Assembly: GCA_050014495.1 (NCBI GenBank)
Contig: JBEKDF010000009.1
Span: forward strand, 1 to 64,000
Length of the DNA stretch: 64,000 nt
From: Candidatus Bathyarchaeia archaeon
GTDB taxonomy: Archaea; Thermoproteota; Bathyarchaeia; TCS64
Direction: 5' to 3'
Each line of letters begins with the position of its first letter. Position 1 is the first letter of the stretch. The translations under genes were made by a program, and so were the position numbers. The notes beneath the pieces were generated by a model that was not told the DNA's origin, ran no database searches, and worked only from the letters and a program-made list of their open reading frames with translations. Below are positions 7,857 through 16,736 of the stretch, one piece after another.

Positions 7857-10600
7857 TCGTGTTCAAACTCGTCAGCCTTAGGACCCTGGGTTTCAAGCGC
7901 CTGGAGCTCGAGGAGCCTCTGATGTTCCCGGATGGCAGGGTGCTGATCTATGGCAGGAACGAGAGTGGAAAGTCCACGGTCATGGAGGCCATCCATTATG
8001 CACTGTACGGATATCCTCTTTACCCAACTAAAAAGGCGTCTAACGAGGATGTGATCCGCTATGGAAGAAACGAAGTTCTGGTCGAGCTGGCCTTCACAAT
8101 TGATCAGAATCAGTACATCGTCAGGCGCATAATCAAGACAAAGGGTGCCAACACACACGAGCTACGTATACAGCGCCCAGAGAGTGGCCTCGAACGAATC
8201 ATGGGCGCCCGCCGAGTAAACGAAGCGATTATCGAGAACCTTCATGGACTCGATAGCGAGGCACTACTCAACAGCTGCCTAGTTGAGCAGAAGGAGTTAG
8301 GCAAACTCGAGTCCGGAAACAAGAATGAACGCATCAAAGCCATGACTAACCTCCTCAACATCGAGGCATTCGTTGAGGCCCGTGATGACATTAAGGGCGA
8401 ACAGAGGGATCTTGAGCGGGAAAACTATTCCACAAAAGAGCGTCTCGCTGAAGCTGAAAGTGCCAAGACGGCGTATGAGGACGCCGAAAAAAGGAAGATA
8501 GACGCAGAGAGCCGAGTCGATTCGATTAAATCAGAGCTCGACCAATCTGAGGCCCGTATCCAAGAATTAGACAAAATCCTTTCATCATTAGAGATCGCTA
8601 GAAACCTCGCCAACAAATCAGAGACCAAACGAATAGAGATCAAAGGAATAGACGATGCGATTCAAAGAATAAAAGCCAGTCTCGAAGAAGCGAGAAACGC
8701 ATCGCTAAGAGCTGAGAAACTCGAAGCTCAGCTACCCGTCGTTAGGAATCGTGCCGAGCAAGCGCAGAAGAAAACAGAGGACCTCGATAGGCTCCTGAGA
8801 CTCGAGTCCCAGCTCAGAGAAACCCGACAAAAACAAGTCGGAGTAAAGAACCGTATAGGTGACGCCTCTGAAAAAGCAGAGGAGGCGCAGAAAGCAAAGG
8901 AAAAAGTAGAGGAACTCGTACCGAGAATCACTGACTACGACCCCGCAAACTCTGCAAACACTCTTTTACCAACACTAGACTCGTTCGATCGGCGAATCAC
9001 AAACCTAAAGGCCGACGTGGAACGCGCCAGGGAAGCTGAACAGGCAGCAGAAAAACACCTATCAGCCCTCAAGGGCTCGGAGGAAAAACTCGGTGAATTG
9101 GAAAAGAGTTCCTCTGAACTAAATAGAAGTAAAGCGAAGGCAGCGCAAACAAGGATCATCGGTATAGTAATGGCGATAACAGGCGTTGTGATAGCAGTTG
9201 CTGCTATAATCATTCCTATAATAGCGGTAATTGGAGTACCCCTAGTCTTAGCCGGGGCAGTGCTATTCCTGAGGAACAGCACCTCGAAATTCGACTCAGG
9301 TATTTCGAGCCTCCAAGTGGAGAGAAACGCTCTGCTGGGCGATCAGCAGCGAATCGGTGACTATACCGAGTCATTTGAGAAGGCGCAGGCCTCAGAAAAA
9401 GTTGGTCTTGATGAACTTGGCAAAAGTGAACGAGAGTTAAGTGAAAAGCTCAGCACTCTGCCTACTAGACCAAGAGACTACGCATCAGTCGTAAAAAGCG
9501 ATGGCGATTTTTCCGCTTTAAGGAGTCAGGTCACCGAGGACCTCCAAATGCTAACTCGACTAAAAACTGAGATGGAAAAAGCGAATGAAATCTCAGCAGA
9601 GCTTGACGAGCGATTAGTAGCACTGGAAACCTTGAAAGAAGAATCCAGTGGCTATGAATTAGGATTAGATTCCATCCAGGAGAAGATAAACAAATACAAT
9701 GAATCCGGCGTAGAGGCATTAAAAGAAAAACAGATCAAAGAAGAAAGGGATGAGGCCAACGAAAATCTAACTCGTATTATCGAGGAGATCCGCGGGAAAA
9801 GGGAAACCGCATCAAAAATACAAAACATCGAGGCCGAGTTAAAACAAAGTCAAGAAGCTAATCAAACCGCAACCGCTGAATTAACCAATCTGGAAGCTGA
9901 ACGTGAACGCACCCTTGCTGAGAGCGGCGCAGATCCTAAAGATGAGGAAGAACTTGAGAGAGAAGACGAAGAGCTGATGAAACGCTGCTCGAGTCTCGAA
10001 ACCGAACAGGAGATCATGACAAAGCAGATAGACGAATCCTTCGAAACCATGGAGAACAATAAGCAACTACGTGAAGAGCATCCCTTACTCGAATCAAGAT
10101 ACACCACAGAGAAATTCGAGTTGGATGCGATGACTAGAGCCATAAAACTACTCGACATCACACGCGACAGTATCATGTCCGGGGTGAAAAAGAGCGTCGA
10201 GGCGCACATGGCCCAGTTCCTCCCGACTCTCACCGAGAACCGGTACAACATGGCGAGAATAGATGAAGAAGAGTACCAGATCGAAGCTTACGATAGGGAA
10301 GCGAAGACATGGAGGAGAAAGGGCGTCTTCAGCGGCGGAACACAGGATCAGTTCAGCCTGGCCCTGCGCCTCGCCTTTGCACTCAGTACAATACCGGAGA
10401 CCCGCGGTGCACGCCCAGGCTTCATCTTCCTCGATGAGCCATTAAGCAGCTTCGATTCGCAGCGCCGAGAGGGTTTCATAAACTTGTTAAAGAACGAGTT
10501 GAGCCAAAGCTTTCCCCAGATAATAGTCATAAGCCACATAGAGCAGCTACAGGAGGAGTTTCCAAACCTCATTCAACTCGACTCGGGAAGAGTAATATAG
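7838..10600 (+). CDS. rad50: Rad50/SbcC-like SMC ATPase with a central hydrophobic hairpin (true start may be GTG 7859)
   Basis: Walker A GRNESGKS, long coiled coil, FSGG signature, FLDEP, ISH. No CxxC. Hydrophobic stretch at aa ~440-478. Confidence 0.9.
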   Translation: MPGRNLIVFKLVSLRTLGFKRLELEEPLMFPDGRVLIYGRNESGKSTVMEAIHYALYGYPLYPTKKASNEDVIRYGRNEVLVELAFTIDQNQYIVRRIIKTKGANTHELRIQRPESGLERIMGARRVNEAIIENLHGLDSEALLNSCLVEQKELGKLESGNKNERIKAMTNLLNIEAFVEARDDIKGEQRDLERENYSTKERLAEAESAKTAYEDAEKRKIDAESRVDSIKSELDQSEARIQELDKILSSLEIARNLANKSETKRIEIKGIDDAIQRIKASLEEARNASLRAEKLEAQLPVVRNRAEQAQKKTEDLDRLLRLESQLRETRQKQVGVKNRIGDASEKAEEAQKAKEKVEELVPRITDYDPANSANTLLPTLDSFDRRITNLKADVERAREAEQAAEKHLSALKGSEEKLGELEKSSSELNRSKAKAAQTRIIGIVMAITGVVIAVAAIIIPIIAVIGVPLVLAGAVLFLRNSTSKFDSGISSLQVERNALLGDQQRIGDYTESFEKAQASEKVGLDELGKSERELSEKLSTLPTRPRDYASVVKSDGDFSALRSQVTEDLQMLTRLKTEMEKANEISAELDERLVALETLKEESSGYELGLDSIQEKINKYNESGVEALKEKQIKEERDEANENLTRIIEEIRGKRETASKIQNIEAELKQSQEANQTATAELTNLEAERERTLAESGADPKDEEELEREDEELMKRCSSLETEQEIMTKQIDESFETMENNKQLREEHPLLESRYTTEKFELDAMTRAIKLLDITRDSIMSGVKKSVEAHMAQFLPTLTENRYNMARIDEEEYQIEAYDREAKTWRRKGVFSGGTQDQFSLALRLAFALSTIPETRGARPGFIFLDEPLSSFDSQRREGFINLLKNELSQSFPQIIVISHIEQLQEEFPNLIQLDSGRVI

Positions 10601-10628
10601 TCCTCGCAAATACAGGACGCGCGCGCGC

Positions 10629-11702
10629 AAATCTAAGAATGGCGATATTAGACTGGAGAAAACTCAGAAACATGGTTTCAACGACATTACAACCCTTCAT
10701 GCTAGAATTTCCCCTCCTTCAGATCCAATTATGAGTGGCACAGATGTAGTTCTAAAAGGCGTAACTGACAAAGATATTGAAGAAGCAAAAAAACTATTTC
10801 TCCGATTCTCTAGCGAGAAAACACTTGAAAAAACCCAATACGGGGAGCTACTAAGTAAAACCGGTAAAATTGGTTTAATCTATATAAATGGAGTAAAAGT
10901 AGCGGAGGAGGAGAATTTCCTCTTCAGTTATAACATTATCTCATTAACCAATGCAATAAGAAAGGCTCTAAACCGGGAAAGGACAAATGTCGGGCGCACC
11001 GCTTATTCCTCTCGTATTAAAAACATCCTACTCTCCTGCAAAGAAGGACACGTTGCAGAGTTTCTAATGAAGGACCTTCAGGAATACTCGTCGGGGTTGA
11101 TGCATGATGAATTAAAATGGATCGACATTCAGGAGCATGCAGTAAAGATTCTAAACACAGAGGGAAAACATGTCTTTCTAACCTCTTCAGAGATAATGAG
11201 CCATGGAAATATTGTAAATGAAGCAAGGGACATGGGTTATAAAATAATAACGATTCCTGAAAGTTTGAGGGATAAAATTCAGGGAGAACAGGATCTTCAC
11301 GGAAAACCAATCGTGGACGTCTTGCAGTTTAGCGACGATTACAATAAGAGTTTTAAATTCAAATTTATTGAAATATCCGAACTGAATAATAATGAAAAAC
11401 ATATTTTTGAGTTGAGAAATAAAATCTTCAACTTAATTGGAGGCCGTCCCAGACAAATTATTGATATTAAAATCTCTGAAACTATGCGGAAGAACTTCAT
11501 GGGTGAAGACGACACTGATGGTGTATGGGAAAATGGAGTGATTATTCTCAAGAGAAATCAGCTTCGATCATTAGATTATTTCTCGGCGACCCTTCTTCAC
11601 GAAACAGCGCACGCTATCAGCGGTGCTCCTGATTCTTCGCGGCTCTTTGAACAGACACTTAGTGAAATATTAGGTCGTGTGACAGTTCAAGCCCTAAAGT
11701 GA
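10629..11702 (+). pseudogene. N-terminally truncated protein with LNRER and HExxH motifs (resembles MPN635-like ATP-binding proteins)
   Basis: The frame is open upstream of ATG 10731 (KSKNGDIRLEKTQKHGFNDITTLHA...). It contains ALNRERTNVGRTAY and LLHETAH. The expected N-terminal ATPase part is missing. Confidence 0.55.
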
Positions 11703-11840
11703 AGCGATTTTTCATGTACCTATATCGGCCAAAAAAAAGTATTCAAATTCAAGGTTCGATTTCTTTAGATTCTCCAGCGGAACTTTGTACCTCATTTTAG
11801 AGCAGGAGATTGCTGAAAATACTTCGACAGTCTCGCCTGA

Positions 11841-12510
11841 GAGAACTTGATTATAAGAAGATTCGTAGTAACCTTGTTTTCTGACTCAGCAACTAAACAA
11901 GCTAGACAACGAACACACCAAAACACCGACAAACCCAACATAAGAAGCAGAACCGACACCGAAAAACACCAAAAACAAGCCGCGGCACCACCCCAAAACC
12001 ATAAAAACCTCCCCAGAGAGCCCCAACCATCCTCCCCCCAAACCGGATCCATGGCCGACGCTATCAGACAACACCCAGACCACACAGCTGCAGCAAATTA
12101 AAACAGAAACAGCTGAAAACCATCTTAACCCGAACCCTGGGAAGCGACGTAACCAGCACCCGCCCGCCGTCGAACACCCGTTTGATCACCGCAAACGTCC
12201 TCTCAATCGGACGCCGCTTCAACCCGATCCGCCGGTTACGCGCCTTATCCGCCTCACAGAGCGGGTGACCGCGAACCCCACGCCTCATCGATGCATCCCA
12301 CCCACGCGGCTCCACGCCGAAGTACCCTTTATCCCGATACACGACCTCACCGGGGAGACTCAGATCCACCCTGCTGTCATGCACCGAGGCCGAAGTCGCC
12401 TCAACGGCTCGAACCAACCCGTACTCGAGATCAGTCTTAACGTGCAGCTTGTACCCGAAGAACGACTCCTTCAGCCTCTTCGCCCACGTCCCGTCCTTGC
12501 TCCGGCGGGT
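11841..12510 (-). mobile_element. IS5-family remnant: C-terminal transposase fragment (12064..~12510) plus right end
   Basis: TRRSKDGTWAK..FGYKLHVKTD..SVHDS..YRDKGY..RRPIERTFAVIK are IS5 DDE motifs. Followed by a C/A-rich tail and a possible terminus GAGAACTTG at 11841. Confidence 0.85.
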
Positions 12511-12838
12511 CAAGGACTCCAAAACCGTCGGGAAGGACCTCGCGAGGCTGCTAAGGGTCGAGGAGCTCCAGAACATCTACACAAACGCGAAAAGCTGCGA
12601 GAACATGCTAGAAGGGAAGGTCACCGCCTGGCTCAGTGAAAAGGCGAATGTGGAAACTCAGATCAGGGACAGGAAACTAGAGAAGGTGGCCATCTATATC
12701 GGTTTGCAGAAGAAGCTGAATGCATCGAAAGGGAGACTGACGAAGAGAGGCGATGAATTAGAAAGGCAAAGGAAGGCTAGAAAGTCAAAAAGGAAAGAGA
12801 TCGAGAAAAAGGCAAGCGCGCTTCTATCAGATTCTTAA
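12511..12838 (+). pseudogene. orphan coiled-coil fragment
   Basis: LARLLRVEELQNIY... followed by a charged heptad-like stretch. No plausible start of its own, and it abuts the IS fragment. Confidence 0.35.
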
Positions 12839-12981
12839 GTAATTAACAGCAAAATAGCCACGGCTTCCGAAACCTAAAAAGGGAACCAACTCACTACAGA
12901 GCAGGTAGAAAACCATTTGAAAGCCACCCTGAACCGTGAAATAAATTCCCCCATAATGGACGTTCTAATAACAGTTATTGA

Positions 12982-12998
12982 TGGTAGCCCGGCGGAGA
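12982..12998. repeat. att site: duplicate of the tRNA-Gln 3' end (TGGTAGCCCGGCGGAGA)
   Basis: Exact 17-bp direct repeat of 25234..25250. Confidence 0.93.
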
Positions 12999-13075
12999 CC
13001 TCTGGCTAGCCATTTTTTCTATAAATTTTTAACTTTTTAATGATTAAAATATCAACTTGGTTACTAATTAGTGAA

Positions 13076-13618
13076 TTAGTCTAATATCAAATCAATTTCT
13101 TCTTCTATTTGAGGTATGTGATACAAATTATCCTTTATATCAAAATAATCAACTTGAATGCGTATCTTATTCTGATTTCTAATGTACTGCTCAACTTCTG
13201 GTGAATCATTACTAGGATAATGATAAACAGATCCTGCAGGTATTCTTAGAAAAGAATAATTACTATGAAGAGATCTAAGTGGAATTTTATTATTTTCATG
13301 ATCAATAACATAAATAACTCCTTTGACAGCTGGACCTAGACCTATATTTTCGATAAAAATACCCGGTATAAAAATCTGTTCATTTGTTATTCCACCGAGA
13401 CCGATAGCTAATCTCTGTCTTTGTGCTATTGAGGAAGGTCTTAAGAATATTCTCGGTTGAACGAGTGTTTTACTCCATTCTTCCATCGTTTTTCTTGATA
13501 ATTGGTTGCCTTTATAGATCAAAAACGCGCATATTGCAGATGCCATAGCAGAAAGAGCAGCTATAATTTGGAAAATAATAGTGAGGTCCATCAATTCAAT
13601 CATTATTTTACTATACAT
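13076..13618 (-). CDS. hypothetical protein with N-terminal membrane anchor
   Basis: Hydrophobic N-terminus IIFQIIAALSAMASAICAFLIY. AT-rich cargo-like gene. Confidence 0.7.
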   Translation of the reverse strand: MYSKIMIELMDLTIIFQIIAALSAMASAICAFLIYKGNQLSRKTMEEWSKTLVQPRIFLRPSSIAQRQRLAIGLGGITNEQIFIPGIFIENIGLGPAVKGVIYVIDHENNKIPLRSLHSNYSFLRIPAGSVYHYPSNDSPEVEQYIRNQNKIRIQVDYFDIKDNLYHIPQIEEEIDLILD

Positions 13619-13681
13619 AAAAAACTATGTTAACGTAAGTTACGCTTATTCCTTAAAACTCTGAAGGCTGATTGAGGGTTC

Positions 13682-13867
13682 TTGAGAGGGAAAGTGATCC
13701 ATGTATATCTCACTAAGCCTCTAGTTGACCTTGTTTTAGAGGCCGTGAAGCCTCTAGGCATCAGTAAAAGTGAATTCATCAGGTACGCGGTCATCGAACA
13801 CCTCATCAAGACGGGCTACATCAAGACACCTCAATCCGTGAGGAACCCTCGACCTCGAGGTGAATAG
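13682..13867 (+). CDS. ribbon-helix-helix (CopG-like) DNA-binding protein
   Basis: VIHVYL...LGISKSEFIRYAV pattern. Confidence 0.75.
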   Translation: MRGKVIHVYLTKPLVDLVLEAVKPLGISKSEFIRYAVIEHLIKTGYIKTPQSVRNPRPRGE

Positions 13868-14114
13868 GATAGCTAGGAAGGCTGTCAAGGTTTATCTCCC
13901 TCCTCAGCTCGGCCTCGCCCTGGAGGTGGCCAGCAAGGATCTCGGGATTAGTGAGGAGGAGATCATGAGGTGGGCCTTCACGGAGTTTGCGATCTCAAGA
14001 GGCCGCTTGGCTCAGAGTCACCTGGACCCCGCAGAGCTTTCAGATCGCCCTATTCAAAGGGCAAAGGATCAGTCCATAATCAACGCTTTAAAAGCAGCAA
14101 GAGATCAGGCCTGA
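13860..14114 (+). CDS. ribbon-helix-helix-like protein
   Basis: VKVYLP...LGISEEEIMRWA, a paralog-like neighbour of the previous ORF. Confidence 0.65.
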   Translation: MNRIARKAVKVYLPPQLGLALEVASKDLGISEEEIMRWAFTEFAISRGRLAQSHLDPAELSDRPIQRAKDQSIINALKAARDQA

Positions 14115-14329
14115 CTGACTGAAAGCATGAGGAGTTTAGAGATCCTACAGCCATTAGATTAGAGCTCCTGGTCCTTGGTGTCGGGCCTGAGCTCCAGGGA
14201 CTATGAGAACCTCGGCATCAGTGATCGAGATGTCCTGAACTTCCTCATGAATTAAGCTTTGAGTAGCGAGGACCTCAAGGTCGATTAGGCCGCGCGCGCA
14301 TGTTAAAAAAGAATTGATAGTTTTGATGC

Positions 14330-14608
14330 TTATTCCCAGGTGTGCGCTCTTACCAGGTTCAAAGTTTCCTTTTTGACTACGTTGCATGTAGTAGTTGAAG
14401 CTACTCCCTCAGTGAACCTGATCTCCAACGCAATTTCGCTAAGTTTTTCCTTTTCCTCAGCCTGGGCCACAACGTAGAAGTCGTATGGTCCGAAAAGGAT
14501 GTCGGCATCGATCACACCTTTGATACTCTTGAACTTGTCTAGAGTTTCCAGCGGGAATGACCGAGCCAAACTTCCGAGGATGACCGCTTTTTCCATATCA
14601 ATACTCAC
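14330..14608 (-). CDS. stand-alone Lrp/AsnC ligand-binding (RAM) domain protein
   Basis: IKGV...FGPYD...IRFTEGVASTTT. Confidence 0.85.
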   Translation of the reverse strand: MSIDMEKAVILGSLARSFPLETLDKFKSIKGVIDADILFGPYDFYVVAQAEEKEKLSEIALEIRFTEGVASTTTCNVVKKETLNLVRAHTWE

Positions 14609-14925
14609 TTTATTAATTGTCCATATTTTTTATATAAACCTATCCAAACATCAATTATGAAAGAAAAATATTGGTCATATGCACGTTATATTTGTCTTTC
14701 GTTGTTCATATCGCGCACGAGTGATTTCTGGGTAGGATGGATTAAATGCGTCCTAGTTCAAGTATGATTTGATGGGGAATTCCGGCGCGAATCATGTGTA
14801 GGGTTTTATGAGTGCCTCTCAGGGCTCACACTGATCAGGTACTACCACACGCGGATCGGGAGATTCTCTCCGACGGTGAAAGGTGAGAGGATCCTCAGTG
14901 AAGTCTTGGCGGAGGAGGTTCAGCG

Positions 14926-15264
14926 TTGACGGTGAGGCGCGGCAAGTGGAAGGCTCGACGTGTGGTTATGGGGAGGAGCCTGAGGCCTGTGGAGTTGGGC
15001 TCCGTGAAGACCAGTCAAGAGGTTTTACGCGCTGCTGAGCTGGGCATCGACCTTGAGTATGTTTCAGATAAGAACCTGTTACGCGGCTACATCAGCCTGA
15101 TTAGTCATGGCCAGATCATGCAGATCCCTCCCGCTATTCGCGGAAAATTGGCGCGGGCGGATCTGATCACTTACCAGTGTCGTGGCAGAAACAGCGTCTT
15201 AACGCAGCGAGGCAAACAAATGCTCCGCGAGATCGAGGAGGAGAAGAAGAAGGAGGTACCGTGA
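14926..15264 (+). CDS. hypothetical protein, possible C-terminal winged-helix
   Basis: SD-like GGAGG upstream. LARADLI...LTQRGKQML resembles a wHTH wing. Confidence 0.55.
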   Translation: MTVRRGKWKARRVVMGRSLRPVELGSVKTSQEVLRAAELGIDLEYVSDKNLLRGYISLISHGQIMQIPPAIRGKLARADLITYQCRGRNSVLTQRGKQMLREIEEEKKKEVP

Positions 15265-15269
15265 ACGAG

Positions 15270-15700
15270 GAAACAGTTTCATGGTACTGTTTTAGAACCT
15301 CCTCGTGAATGTGATCAGAGATAATCGGTTTTGAATCCTAAACCCTGAAACCTTAAACAGTTTCACGATATACAGTTCAGGGATGAATTGTAGTTTATAC
15401 AATTGTACAACTGTATAACTGTACTCATTCTATACAACTGGCGAATACAATACAGGGATGAACAGTTTTTGAACCCTGAAATTAACCCTGAACCAGTTTC
15501 ATGTTTTCAGGGAAAAGACGCCTAAACCGTGTTTAAGAGCTCCCCTGAAACAGTATCAAACTGGCTGAATCTCCCAAAAATACAATCATCTCACCAAACG
15601 AACCTGAAAAACGGGGTATTCCAGTTTCTACAGGTTACAGGATACAATTTCGTGAAACCCCCAAATCGCCTATTCTGAAACCGTACTAATACCCTGCTCA
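15270..15700. repeat. non-coding cluster of short CCCTGAA / CAGTTTC / TACAA motifs (candidate origin or protein-binding array)
   Basis: CCCTGAA at 15343, 15474, 15486, 15543; reverse complement TTCAGGG at 15376, 15506; CAGTTTC at 15274, 15358, 15494, 15622. No ORF. Confidence 0.6.
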
Positions 15701-15807
15701 TTAGCGCCTGCTAATGAACATGCGATGAAAAGGCCCTCGGGCTACCTTGAATAAATGCTTAGTCTCCGGGGGCCCCGAACAAATCTCATGCCAACCAGAA
15801 TGAGGTG

Positions 15808-16461
15808 TCAAGCAGATCCAGGAGCTTCCCAGGATCCCTCTAAGTCTTGAAGTGCCAGGTCAAGATGTCCAATTTCAGTTGGATAACTATCCCCGAGTTC
15901 CCTCTCCAATTCTTTAATTTTTTTAATAGCATCTTTACTCATACTTAGATCAGAAAATAATGATCTTAATTCGTTGATGTCTTTAGGATTTAATGATTGG
16001 TTAATAATATGTCTCTTCAAGGGAGCCAATAGTCCATTTTCGTTAGTAGCGTATCTTGATGAAATACTCGTCCATTCTCTACCTGTTTCAATTTGTTTAA
16101 GAGCACAATACATAGACAATATTCCCATCCATTTGATTAATGACTCTAACAATTTTTTAGAGTTTGATTCATTCATAGATTCTTTTTTTATCTCTTCATT
16201 TATTTTAGATGTTAATTCAAATTCTGCATTAAATAACGATAAACTTGAAACTTTATATTTTTTACTATCAATGTCTTTTTCAACCTCATGCTTTTTAATT
16301 AACGCATCTAGTTCTTTTGATAGTGTCTCCTTGCTTCCAATTTCAATTTTTAATGCTCTATGCAGTTCGTTAAATCCAAGTGAAACATGATTTTTTAGAG
16401 TATGGAATATCAATTCTTGTCTTTCTTCATCTCTTGGATCAGGCCCTCGTTTAATATACAT
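15808..16461 (-). CDS. winged-helix transcriptional regulator (repressor-like)
   Basis: LGFNELHRAL..GSKETLSKELDALIK is an HxlR-like wHTH. Divergent from the element's main operon. Confidence 0.7.
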   Translation of the reverse strand: MYIKRGPDPRDEERQELIFHTLKNHVSLGFNELHRALKIEIGSKETLSKELDALIKKHEVEKDIDSKKYKVSSLSLFNAEFELTSKINEEIKKESMNESNSKKLLESLIKWMGILSMYCALKQIETGREWTSISSRYATNENGLLAPLKRHIINQSLNPKDINELRSLFSDLSMSKDAIKKIKELERELGDSYPTEIGHLDLALQDLEGSWEAPGSA

Positions 16462-16518
16462 TGTACTACTGGTACATAATTCCGAACCGATTATAAAGGT
16501 TTACGCTAAACGACACCC

Positions 16519-16734
16519 ATGGACGAACAAACAGAGTTAGAATCCATCGTTATGGCTACTCGAGTAACTCCCGGAGATTATGAGCTTCTCAAGAAGGTTT
16601 GTGTTGCTCGGGGTGAGAACTTCAGCACTTTTTTAAGGAGATCTCTAAGAGGTGAGCTCGCCAGGCTTTCATATTATTCTCCCGAGGTCAAGAAGGCCCT
16701 CGGCGTCAAGATTGAAGAAATTGGAGGTGTCTAA
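16519..16734 (+). CDS. RHH-like small regulator
   Basis: MATRVT..YELLKKV..RGENFSTFLRRSL. First gene of the rightward operon. Confidence 0.65.
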   Translation: MDEQTELESIVMATRVTPGDYELLKKVCVARGENFSTFLRRSLRGELARLSYYSPEVKKALGVKIEEIGGV

Positions 16735-16736
16735 GA

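Noticed and set aside
11792..12101. Several ORFs over the C/A-rich IS tail
   Set aside because: Compositional artefacts of a strand-biased non-coding region.
15270..15700. Possible CRISPR array near the Cas4-like gene
   Set aside because: Repeats are only 6-8 bp, irregularly spaced and in both orientations.
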